From: Sedimentisphaerales bacterium
GTDB taxonomy: Bacteria; Planctomycetota; Phycisphaerae; Sedimentisphaerales; Anaerobacaceae
DNA: 64,000 bases
Assembly: GCA_963708075.1 (NCBI GenBank)
Contig: OY970194.1
Span: 512,001 to 576,000 of the forward strand
Direction: 5' to 3'
Of this stretch, positions 51,471-60,468 are shown piece by piece. The notes beneath the pieces were generated by a model that had not been told where the DNA came from, did no database searches, and saw only the letters and a list, made by a program, of their open reading frames with translations. Every line of letters begins with the position of its first letter. Within the stretch, counting starts at the first letter, position 1. The translations under genes were made by a program, and so were the position numbers.

Positions 51471-52606
51471 ACGGACGCAGGTTTTCGCCGGCGCGGTTTT
51501 GGGCGATCGTCGTCAAGGAGTTCATCCAGATGCGCCGCGACCGCGTGACATTCGGGATCATGGTCGGCATCCCGATCATCCAGCTCATCCTCTTCGGTTT
51601 CGCGATCAACTCGGACCCGAAGCACCTGCCCACCGCCGTGCTCCTGGCCGACACCGGTCCCTACGGCCGCACATTGCTGTACGCGATCCGCAACAGCGGC
51701 TACTTCGACTTCATCAGGCAGGTGGCGAGCGAAGCCGAGGGACGGGAGGCCCTCGCCCGCGGTCAGGTCCAGTTCGTCGTGAGTATTCCGGAAAACTTCA
51801 CTCGCGATTTTCTCCGTGGCGACCGGCCCGCCATCCTCGTGGAGGCGGACGCCACCGATCCCGCCGCAGCCAGCAACGCCCTCGGGGCCTTGAGGACCTT
51901 ACTGAATACAACGTTGCAGAGCGACCTCAAGGGCCCGCTCGCGTTCCTGGCAGGCGACAGCGGCCCCATCGACCTGCGCATCCACGCGATGTACAATCCG
52001 GAGGCGATCACGCAATACAACATCGTGCCCGGCCTGACGGGCGTCGTGCTCACGATGACCATGGTCATCATCACCGGCCTGGCCATCACACGCGAGCGCG
52101 AGCGTGGCACGATGGAGAACCTCCTGTCCATGCCGACCCGCCCCTTTGAGGTCCTGATCGGCAAAATCATTCCCTACATTCTCGTCGGATACATTCAGGT
52201 CAGTCTGATTCTGGTGGCCGCCCGCCTGATCTTCGCCGTGCCGATGATCGGGAGTATCGGCCTGTTGCTTGCGGTCTCGCTGGTGTTCATCCTCGCGAAC
52301 CTCGCGATGGGCATTACCTTCTCTACCATAGCTCGCAATCAGCTCCAAGCGGTACAGATGGCGTTCTTCTACTTTCTGCCGTCGATCCTGCTCTCCGGCT
52401 TCATGTTTCCGTTTCGGGGCATGCCCCGCTGGGCCCAAATCATCGGCGAGGTTCTGCCACTCACGCATTTCCTGCGAATCATCCGCGGCATCCTGCTCAA
52501 GGGCAACGGCCTGCCGGACATCGTCCCTCAGGTGTGGCCGATCGCATTATTTGCCGCTGTCGCCCTGTTCATCGGCGTTAAACGCTACCACCGGACGCTG
52601 GATTAG
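51467..52606 (+). CDS. ABC-2 type permease
   Basis: KEFIQMRRDR, RERERGTMENLL, LSGFMFP; ATGA overlap. Confidence 0.93.
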   Translation: MNGRRFSPARFWAIVVKEFIQMRRDRVTFGIMVGIPIIQLILFGFAINSDPKHLPTAVLLADTGPYGRTLLYAIRNSGYFDFIRQVASEAEGREALARGQVQFVVSIPENFTRDFLRGDRPAILVEADATDPAAASNALGALRTLLNTTLQSDLKGPLAFLAGDSGPIDLRIHAMYNPEAITQYNIVPGLTGVVLTMTMVIITGLAITRERERGTMENLLSMPTRPFEVLIGKIIPYILVGYIQVSLILVAARLIFAVPMIGSIGLLLAVSLVFILANLAMGITFSTIARNQLQAVQMAFFYFLPSILLSGFMFPFRGMPRWAQIIGEVLPLTHFLRIIRGILLKGNGLPDIVPQVWPIALFAAVALFIGVKRYHRTLD

Positions 52607-52949
52607 ACGCGCCGATGGCATTCGTCGGCCTGGGCTTGCGAAGATGCTTCAGGCCGTAAACGGGGATGGAGAAGATGTTGAGAAACCAGATGGCGCAGAT
52701 CCAGCCTGCCTTGGCTCCCCCGGAGAACCTGTCGTTTCTTGCCACGTGCACGATGTCGAAGATGATGAAGAACCAGATCCCGGCAACGGAGATGAAGAGC
52801 AGGACAATGGCCAGAATTACAGGCATGACCAACTTGGGGGGAATCTCACTGTCCATATCTGCGAACAGCGGCAACAGTAGGATTACCACAATAGTCGCCA
52901 ACGCATAGGCAGGAAACACGATGCTGCCGATCACGAGCAATCTGTGCAT
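52578..52949 (-). CDS. Small membrane protein
   Basis: Three hydrophobic segments; K.GW...IWFLNI..IPVY pattern; GAGG RBS. Confidence 0.6.
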   Translation of the reverse strand: MHRLLVIGSIVFPAYALATIVVILLLPLFADMDSEIPPKLVMPVILAIVLLFISVAGIWFFIIFDIVHVARNDRFSGGAKAGWICAIWFLNIFSIPVYGLKHLRKPRPTNAIGASNPASGGSV

Positions 52950-53325
52950 TTCAGCCTCTTTTATCAGTCTATAGATGGAGACACTGCCCTGGTGCAGTCA
53001 GGGCGGCATTCCGCGTCAGTCGGATTCCTTGTATCACTATCGGCTCTTGACGTTAGGTTCTGCAGGAATCCCGCTTGGCCGCGATCACCACAAGAAGCTC
53101 GATGAGGGTAAATGCTCGTCGTCTCTTCATGATCCCGCTCCGGCCGTCAAGGTATCGGAAGAATCCGGCGTTCCCTGCCATCGTCCTTCCCCGTTGACGG
53201 CCCTCGCCATTTTACCATGACGGCAACGGCACGTCTGCCGAAAACCCGGCAATCTCTGTGCATGGTGTGCGACTGATTGCCCAGGGTTGCGGTTCGCTGT
53301 GAGATGTGGTATGCAAGGGGACATC

Positions 53326-53401
53326 TGAAGTGTGAAGTTTGAAGTGTGAGGTGTGAAGTAAGAGGAGCATTCTTCATACTTGACACTTCAAACTTGAAAC
53401 T
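53326..53401. repeat. Inverted pair of 7-mer tandem repeats (TGAAGTG / CACTTCA)
   Basis: Read directly; same 7-mer family as 3168-3196. Confidence 0.8.
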
Positions 53402-53426
53402 CTCTTGCTATCGAAAGGAGACCTTT

Positions 53427-54506
53427 GTGAGTATCGAACTGAAGAAGAATTGCCGTTATGCCTTGCTCGTGCCCACGAGCATGGGCGTTCGCCTGACCCC
53501 CGACGCCGGCCAGCCGTTTCATTGCAGCCGACGGTTCACCATGCAGGCCACTAGTGCCGAGAGCAACGTGGCGAGTGTATCGTCTTACCTCGGCCTGCCC
53601 GTGAAAATACTGACGACTTTTGTCAAGGGCAGCCCGGTCGCCCGCTTCATCAAGGACGACCTCGCCGGCCGGCACATCGATGTTGAGGGCAAGGAAGTGG
53701 GTCAGGGCGGCCCCTGGGGTTACCGGCACCAGTTCAACCTGGCTGACTGCGGCTTCGGTCCGCGCGGGCCGCGCGTGTCCAACGACCGCGCCGGCGAAAT
53801 CGGCCGGACCCTGAACGTCAAAGACTTCGACCTCGACCGGATCTTCGGCCGCGAGGGAGTCCAGATCGTGCACCTGTCGGGACTCATCGGGGCGCTGTCA
53901 CCCGACACGGGGACATTCTGCCTGGAACTCGCCCGCGCCGCCAAGAAGTACGGCACTCGCATCGCGTTCGATCTCAATTACCGCGCCTCGTTCTGGAAGG
54001 GCCGCGAGAAGGAACTTCGCGCCATCTTCCACGAGATCGCAGGCATCGCCGATATCCTGGTCGGGAACGAGGAGGATTTCCAACTCTCGCTGGGCATTGA
54101 GGGCCCCGAGGCGGGCGGCAAAGGCCTGGGCAACAAAATCGACAGCTTCAAAGCCATGATCGAGCGAGTCCGGCGGGCCTACCCCAACGCCTCGGTCTTC
54201 GCGACCACGCTGCGCGAGGTCGTCAGCGGCAATTGTCACCGGTGGGGCGCCCTTATGGCCGAGGGGAGTAACTGGCACGTCGTCGAGCCGCGGGAAATCG
54301 GAGTGCTCGATCGCATCGGCGGCGGCGATGGCTTCGTCGGCGGTATGCTCTACGCAATCCTGCGCGGCTGGGAGCCCGAGAAATGGGTGCAGTTCGGCTG
54401 GGCGACCGGGGCTCTGGTCGTCACGCTCCTGACCGACTATGCTCAACCGGCCGATGAAGAAGAAATCTGGAGCATCTGGCAGGGCAACGCCCGAGTAAAG
54501 CGATAG
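53427..54506 (+). CDS. PfkB family sugar kinase (KDG kinase-like)
   Basis: AESNVA, FDLNYR, GNEED, DRIGGGDGF; GTG after AAGGAG. Confidence 0.9.
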   Translation: MSIELKKNCRYALLVPTSMGVRLTPDAGQPFHCSRRFTMQATSAESNVASVSSYLGLPVKILTTFVKGSPVARFIKDDLAGRHIDVEGKEVGQGGPWGYRHQFNLADCGFGPRGPRVSNDRAGEIGRTLNVKDFDLDRIFGREGVQIVHLSGLIGALSPDTGTFCLELARAAKKYGTRIAFDLNYRASFWKGREKELRAIFHEIAGIADILVGNEEDFQLSLGIEGPEAGGKGLGNKIDSFKAMIERVRRAYPNASVFATTLREVVSGNCHRWGALMAEGSNWHVVEPREIGVLDRIGGGDGFVGGMLYAILRGWEPEKWVQFGWATGALVVTLLTDYAQPADEEEIWSIWQGNARVKR

Positions 54507-54578
54507 AGGACGTAAAGGACCTCAGGGACCTAAGGGTTGCCGTGCGCCTTTTAGGTCCCTTTGGTCCTTCAGGTCCCT
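54507..54578. repeat. Inverted pair of 9-mer tandem repeats (AGGAC / GTCC)
   Basis: Read directly. Confidence 0.75.
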
Positions 54579-54599
54579 GCGATCAGGAGGCAGAGACAG

Positions 54600-55505
54600 A
54601 TGATTACCCGCGGGAGCTCATCCAAGCCTGCGCTTCGCTTCTCGCGGCGGGCGGTCCTGAAGGGCTCGGCTGCGATGGCCCTGGGAGCAGCAGCATTTAC
54701 CTTCGCACGCGCCGCGCCGATTGGCTCGGCCCCCAAGGGCAAGGTCATTGACTGTCACGCCCACCTGACCCATCATAGCCGCGCGACTTGGGAGGTTGAC
54801 GACCGCAAACTCATTGAGGCAGCAGACAAGCTGGGGATCGACCAACTCTGCTGCTCGACGCTTACTCCTCGCCGGCCCGCGACCGCCGAGGACTTCCGGG
54901 AATGCAACCAGTGGACGGCCGAGGGAATGCGCCGGTTCTCCGGGCGGGTGCTCGGTTACTGCTACGTCAATCCAGGCTGCGGCCGGGAGGCATTGGAGGA
55001 AATCCGGCGCTGCGTCGAAGATCGCGGCTTCATCGGCATCAAACTCTATAATGAGTACACCTGCACCGAGCCGGTGGTCTTTCCCATCGTTGAGCTGGCG
55101 ATCGAATTACGGGTGGCGATCCTGCACCATGCATCGCACTCGCATTATTTCGTGGAGGACCAGCCGCGTATGTCCGACGGCGGGCACCTTGCGGAGCTGG
55201 CCCGCCGCTACCCGGAGGCTATGCTCATCTGTGCCCACATCTCCGGCGGCGGCGATTGGGAGTGGACGATCAAGGCCTTGCGCAACGCAACCAACGTTAT
55301 GCTCGACACCAGCGGCAGTGTCACGGACGACGGCTCCGTGGATATGGCGGCGGCCGTAGTGGGTGTGGATCGGCTCGTCTTTGGTTGTGACTCGTCCATG
55401 ACGGCGGGCGTGGGCAAGATTCGCGGGGCGGACCTGAGCGCACAGGACAAGGACAAGATCCTGGGCGGAAACATGATGAGGCTTCTGGGAAGGCGGAAAG
55501 CATGA
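54600..55505 (+). CDS. Amidohydrolase_2 family protein, Tat signal
   Basis: IDCHAH, GIKL, LHH, CAH, FGCD; SRRAVLK. Confidence 0.88.
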   Translation: MITRGSSSKPALRFSRRAVLKGSAAMALGAAAFTFARAAPIGSAPKGKVIDCHAHLTHHSRATWEVDDRKLIEAADKLGIDQLCCSTLTPRRPATAEDFRECNQWTAEGMRRFSGRVLGYCYVNPGCGREALEEIRRCVEDRGFIGIKLYNEYTCTEPVVFPIVELAIELRVAILHHASHSHYFVEDQPRMSDGGHLAELARRYPEAMLICAHISGGGDWEWTIKALRNATNVMLDTSGSVTDDGSVDMAAAVVGVDRLVFGCDSSMTAGVGKIRGADLSAQDKDKILGGNMMRLLGRRKA

Positions 55506-56278
55506 TTGTTGATGTGAACGCCTATCTCGGCCATTTTGCCTTCCGCCGGCTGCGGCACAACACTGCCGCATCGCTGCTCGCATTGATGGATTCCAAAAAG
55601 ATCGACAAGGCGGTCGTTTCCAGCGCCGGCGCTATCACCTATCGCAATGCCCAGGCCGGCAATGAAGAGGTGGCGGAAGAGGTCCGTAGTCATCGCGACC
55701 GGCTGGTCCCGTTCGCCGTCATCAATCCGTTCTATGCCAGCTGGCAGGATGATCTGAAAGCCTGTCACGAGGAATTCGGCATGACGGGCCTGCGCCTCTA
55801 TCCGAAGTGGCACAACTACAGCCTTTCCAGCCCATGCTGCCGGGACCTGGTGAACGCCGCGACGGAGCGGGGCATGGTCATCTCCATTCCCATCCGTGTG
55901 GAGGACAACCGCCAGCGAAGCTGGCTGCTGAACGTACCCGACGTGCCGCTGGAGGAGATTGTCGAGTTGGTGAAGGCTCACCCGAAAGCGCGTTTCATCC
56001 TGCTGAACGGTCTCGGCTACACGGGGAACCCGCTGGGCCGAAAGAACAACGGCCTACCGTCGAATTATGCCATCGAACTATCCCGCTTGAGTGCCGTGCT
56101 GGCGAACGAGCTTGGCCAACTGATCACAAACCTGGGTGCCGAGCGTGTAATGTTCGGAACAGGGACGCCCTTCAACTACCCCGATCCGGCGCTGGTCAAA
56201 TTGGAAGTGCTGGAAGCCGGCGGCCCGGACAAAGAGAAAATCCGCTGGCAAAACGCAGCAACATGGTTGCGATTGTAG
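55502..56278 (+). CDS. Amidohydrolase-fold protein lacking metal ligands
   Basis: VDVNAYLG, INP, GLRLYP, FGTG; ATGA overlap. Confidence 0.8.
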   Translation: MIVDVNAYLGHFAFRRLRHNTAASLLALMDSKKIDKAVVSSAGAITYRNAQAGNEEVAEEVRSHRDRLVPFAVINPFYASWQDDLKACHEEFGMTGLRLYPKWHNYSLSSPCCRDLVNAATERGMVISIPIRVEDNRQRSWLLNVPDVPLEEIVELVKAHPKARFILLNGLGYTGNPLGRKNNGLPSNYAIELSRLSAVLANELGQLITNLGAERVMFGTGTPFNYPDPALVKLEVLEAGGPDKEKIRWQNAATWLRL

Positions 56279-56293
56279 GGCCGAGGATATTAC

Positions 56294-56328
56294 TTGACGC
56301 ACATTCTCAAATGAGTTATATTATAACT
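56294..56328 (+). promoter_or_regulatory. Promoter and palindromic operator of the TA operon
   Basis: TTGACG-N17-TATATT; palindrome AGTTATA-T-TATAACT at 56314-56328. Confidence 0.7.
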
Positions 56329-56330
56329 AT

Positions 56331-56597
56331 ATGGCATATGAGGTGAGAATCCGGAAGAAAGTGGCTCGTGGGCTGGACCGATTGCCCAAGCGCGTGCAGC
56401 AACTGCTGTTCTTGCTGGTAGCGGACTTGCAGGCGGATGGCCCCATTCAAAAGGATTGGCCGAACTTCTCCTCCCTTGGGCTGGATCGCTTCCATTGCCA
56501 TCTGACGTATCGCTATGTGGCATGTTGGCTATGCAGGAAAGGTGAGATTGTGATCGAGGTGTATTATGTTGGCTCTCGTGAAAAAGCCCCATATTGA
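56331..56597 (+). CDS. RelE/HigB-like toxin
   Basis: YEVRIRKKV..L..LP; HCHL..YVACW; IEVYYVGSREKAPY. Confidence 0.75.
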   Translation: MAYEVRIRKKVARGLDRLPKRVQQLLFLLVADLQADGPIQKDWPNFSSLGLDRFHCHLTYRYVACWLCRKGEIVIEVYYVGSREKAPY

Positions 56598-56961
56598 GTT
56601 GTCGATCCAGGGAGATCAAGTCGAGGAACTTGTCGCTTGGATCCGGAAGAAGTACGAACTGTCTGTTCTCTCTACGGAGGATGTCGAGGTGTCTGTTCCG
56701 GTGGAGGAAACGGAATTCTGGAGGCAAATGGGAAGGAACCGCGTCGGCAACCTTCTCGCCGGCGCACGTCTGAAAGCCGGCCTTACGCAGGGCCAACTGG
56801 CCAAAAAGCTTGGCATCCGACAGAACATGGTCAGTGATTACGAACGAGGCCGGCGGAGCATCTCGCCCGCCATGGTCGCTCGGTTCAGCGATGTTCTACA
56901 CATCAAGAAATCGCATTTGAAGGGTGGTGCGGACAACAAGCAGGCCAGTGGCGAGGGATGA
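56566..56961 (+). CDS. XRE-family HTH antitoxin (HigA-like order)
   Basis: ARLKAGLTQGQLAKKLGIRQNMVSDYERG. Confidence 0.85.
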   Translation: MLALVKKPHIELSIQGDQVEELVAWIRKKYELSVLSTEDVEVSVPVEETEFWRQMGRNRVGNLLAGARLKAGLTQGQLAKKLGIRQNMVSDYERGRRSISPAMVARFSDVLHIKKSHLKGGADNKQASGEG

Positions 56962-57042
56962 AGTCGAATGGAAGCATGGAGAAAGAAAGTAGTCTGTCTT
57001 TGGCGCCTTGTGTCGACCGTACAGTGAAAGGAGGAAATCGGC

Positions 57043-57943
57043 ATGGCCATGCCAAGATCATTGCATGGTGATGGATGGTCCCCAAGTACGGCTCGCCAGA
57101 TTTTGCCATTGCTCGTGTCGTACGCTGAAGCCTGTGAATCCGTGACGTATGGCCAACTGAGCCATGAGGTTGTGCGGCGAGGGTGGGGGCATTATGTCAT
57201 GGCGGTGGCTTACCGGCATCCGGCAGGGGCTATCGGGTACGCCTTGGAGGAGACCGCAGACGAGTGGAGAGAACCGATCCCGCCAATCAACGCTCTCATA
57301 GTCAACGATGAGAGCGGTTCTCCCTGGTAAGGGAGTAGATTTCTTTCTGAAGAACTACCTCAGTCACATCAATCGCCCGAGAAGACTCACGGAAGAACAG
57401 AGACAGTCAGTAATTGAGGAAATACACAAGGACATCTTCAATTATACTGGCTGGCGTCGATTGCTTCAGCACTATAGGCTAGATGACCCACCATCCCTTG
57501 AGGAGAAGACTGAAGGTACCCAGATACGCAGAAAACGATACAGTTGGAGTGGAGAGGCGGAGAGCGAAACCCACAAGCGACTGAAGGCCTATGTTTCTAA
57601 ACATCCCGAGATGGTCGAATTGCCAAGGAACGCGGCGCCTGGTCTGACTGAATACGTCTTGCCATCCGCTGACAAGATCGACGTGCTTTTCTCGGACAAA
57701 GGGTGGCGAATTGGAGTCGAAGTGAAGGCGGTTAACTCCAATGACGATGATCTTCGTAGAGGGCTCTTTCAGTGTGTCAAGTACAGAGAACTACTCAGGG
57801 CCGAGCAACGCATAGAAGGGGTTATCCCCCAAGCGAGAGCGCTACTGATTACAGAGCGACATCTCTCAGAAGGTTTACTACGGGAAGCAACGCTTCTTAA
57901 AGTCCCGGTCGTGGAAGTCGCTCCACTGGCATTCTCCACCTGA
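57043..57943 (+). CDS. Winged-helix-like + PD-(D/E)XK nuclease; apparent +1 frameshift ~57319
   Basis: GGAGG RBS; TYGQL..PPINALIVN..SG continues as LPGKG in the next frame; KIDVLF..GVEVK..GLFQCVKY. Confidence 0.7.
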
Positions 57944-58143
57944 TCATGTGCAGCAACGTTGCCCATAGCAGATGGGGTTGGTGCATAGGGCAGTCACCGT
58001 ACCGTGCAGCAGACCTTCTGCACTGAAGCAGGGTCAATGAGCACCGGGATAGCCATCCGTTCTCCGTTAGTGTGTAAAGGTCGGCGACGCACCGGGAGCG
58101 CTGAGGCAACCGAGTAATACAAGGAAAGGAGGACCGTTCGGCT

Positions 58144-59109
58144 ATGCGATTCACATTGATGGTTTCTTTGGTTGTGGGGATATGGGTAGCTCCGATGAAC
58201 GGGGCGGAGAACCCGCAGGTCGTCCAGATTTGGCCGGGGCCGGCGCCGGAGGAGAGCGGCAATATCGGCGAGGAGAGGGTCCGCATGTCGCCGAAGCTGG
58301 ACCGTAAGCAGGTTGAGGTGACCGAGTCAACCCGGCTCATTACCAACGTCACCAAGCCGACGCTGACGATTTATCGGCCGGCGAAGGAGAAGGATACCGG
58401 GACGGCGATCCTCATCTGTCCGGGCGGCGGATATTGGGACCTTTATTGGCAGTTGGAAGGCGAAGAAGTGGCGGCGTGGCTGAACTCGATTGGCGTCACC
58501 GGGATCATCCTCAAGTATCGTGTGCCGCGACGGCCTGATGAAGTCAAGGGCGAGCCTGCCCGGCGCCCGCTCCAGGATGCGCAGCGAGCTGTCAGTCTGG
58601 TGCGGAGCAAAGCCGGTCAGTGGAAAATTGATCCGCAGCGGATCGGTATCGTGGGCTTCTCGGCAGGCGGCCATCTGGCGATTGCGACGGCGACGAGCTT
58701 TGAGCAGCGGACCTATAAGCCCATCGATGATGTGGACAAGATCAGTTGCCGGCCTGACTTCGCCATCGCAGCCTATTCGGGTTATCTGAAGGCGAAGGAC
58801 AAAGACGAGATTGCTCCCGGCTTACATATTCCGGCCGGGACGCCTCCGATCTTCCTCGCGCACGGCGGGGCCGATATCATCAGTCCGCCGGAGCACAGCG
58901 TGTTGATGTACCTTGCTTTGAGGAAAGCAGGTATCCCGGCAGAACTGCACATCTATGCCACGGCGGCCCACGATTTCGGTGTCCGCCCAAGCGATCATCC
59001 GTGCTCCACCTGGACAGCGGCGTGTGCCAATTGGCTGCGATATCAGGGTTTTCTCAATTCACCCGCGCAAGCGGCCATTCCGGGGACGGCGGTTCAGCTT
59101 CCTGAATGA
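58144..59109 (+). CDS. Alpha/beta hydrolase (esterase-like), secreted
   Basis: CPGGGY, GFSAGG, catalytic D and H (HDFG). Confidence 0.9.
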   Translation: MRFTLMVSLVVGIWVAPMNGAENPQVVQIWPGPAPEESGNIGEERVRMSPKLDRKQVEVTESTRLITNVTKPTLTIYRPAKEKDTGTAILICPGGGYWDLYWQLEGEEVAAWLNSIGVTGIILKYRVPRRPDEVKGEPARRPLQDAQRAVSLVRSKAGQWKIDPQRIGIVGFSAGGHLAIATATSFEQRTYKPIDDVDKISCRPDFAIAAYSGYLKAKDKDEIAPGLHIPAGTPPIFLAHGGADIISPPEHSVLMYLALRKAGIPAELHIYATAAHDFGVRPSDHPCSTWTAACANWLRYQGFLNSPAQAAIPGTAVQLPE

Positions 59110-59516
59110 AAGTACATCCGGCCGTTAAGGACCTGATGGATGGCGTCGAGGAGCGTATCGCCGGCTTGCTGCTTGGCTACGAAACCTGATGCGCCTGCCT
59201 GTAAGGCGCGAGGGCCGTAGAGCTGCTCGTCGTGCATGGATAAGATCAGGATGATCATGCCGGGGTACTTCCGCTTGAGCACGTCCGTGAGCGTGATGCC
59301 GTCTACCTCGCCGAGGGAAATGTCGATGATGGCCAGGTCTACAGGCTCTCGATCTACAGCGTCCAGGGCTTGTTTGGCACTGGCGACCGCGTCGCAGACG
59401 TTCAGGTCCGGCTGCTGGCTCAGGAGTTCCACCAATCCGCGTCGCACAACGTAATGATCGTCCACGATGAGGATGTTCTTCTTGCCGACCTGGCTGCCTG
59501 GGCTATACTCGATCAT
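59094..59516 (-). CDS. Receiver-only response regulator (NarL-like receiver)
   Basis: ILIVDDH, IIDISL, ILSMH, FVAK; ends before any HTH. Start uncertain. Confidence 0.85.
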   Translation of the reverse strand: MIEYSPGSQVGKKNILIVDDHYVVRRGLVELLSQQPDLNVCDAVASAKQALDAVDREPVDLAIIDISLGEVDGITLTDVLKRKYPGMIILILSMHDEQLYGPRALQAGASGFVAKQQAGDTLLDAIHQVLNGRMYFHSGS

Positions 59517-59777
59517 GTGTTCTGACTCAAACCGCTGTCTGCGGGATAGCTGTCTGTGATCCCCGAAATTCATTGTGCGCTACTGTTGCACCAGTGTAGC
59601 CGCAAAGGACAGCGAGGGGAATCAGGGTCGGTGTGCGATTTCATATCGGCTGGAATACTTATCTGTCTATCGGGGCTTCTCTTATGCATCCGCCGCGGCT
59701 TGATGAGGGCATTGTCCGGTTCACCTGATGGAGGAGGGCGTACGTTGTTGGGCCTGGCACATTGCTGAGCGGCGGAA

Positions 59778-60467
59778 TCAGTGTTTCATTTCCGAGTTCA
59801 CCCACTCGACCGCAAAGCGAAACAGCTCATTGCCATCCTTGAATCCGAGCTTCTCCTTGATATGGGCCCGGTAGGTTTCGATGGTCTTGACGCTCAGATG
59901 CAGCTTTTCCGCCACATCCCGCGTCTTATGACCTTCGCCGATGAGGCGAAAGACCTCCAACTCGCGATCACTCAGGCATTCAATGGGGGAGGCGTTCTGT
60001 GGGGCGATGCCCGTGGCGAGCTTACTGACCATCTTGGCAGCCATCGAGTCGCTCACGTAGATCTCCCCGGCGAGGACCCGGCGGATGGCCGTGATCACCC
60101 GCTCCGTGGCCTCGTGCTTCATGATGTATCCCTTGGCCCCGGCGCGCAATGCACGTTCCGCGTAGAGCGATTCGTCGTGCATGGAGAGGATCAGGATGGG
60201 CAGGTTCGGATACTGGATCTTCACGTCCTTGATCAAATCCATGCCGCTGGTGTCCTTGAGAGAGATGTCCACGATGATCATATCGGGCTGGACATCCTTG
60301 ATCGCCTGCATGGCCTGGAAGGCATCCTCCGCGTAGCCGCGGACTTCGAGGTCCTTCTCCTGATTGATCAGTTGGGCAAGACCCTGGCGAACGACGGGGT
60401 GGTCGTCCACGATGAGAACGCTGTGTTTCGAGCGTTGGTTAACCTTGGCTGTCGTCTTCGCGGGCAT
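59778..60467 (-). CDS. NarL/LuxR family response regulator
   Basis: Receiver plus LSDRELEV..LSVKTIETYR HTH. Confidence 0.95.
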   Translation of the reverse strand: MPAKTTAKVNQRSKHSVLIVDDHPVVRQGLAQLINQEKDLEVRGYAEDAFQAMQAIKDVQPDMIIVDISLKDTSGMDLIKDVKIQYPNLPILILSMHDESLYAERALRAGAKGYIMKHEATERVITAIRRVLAGEIYVSDSMAAKMVSKLATGIAPQNASPIECLSDRELEVFRLIGEGHKTRDVAEKLHLSVKTIETYRAHIKEKLGFKDGNELFRFAVEWVNSEMKH

Positions 60468-60468
60468 G

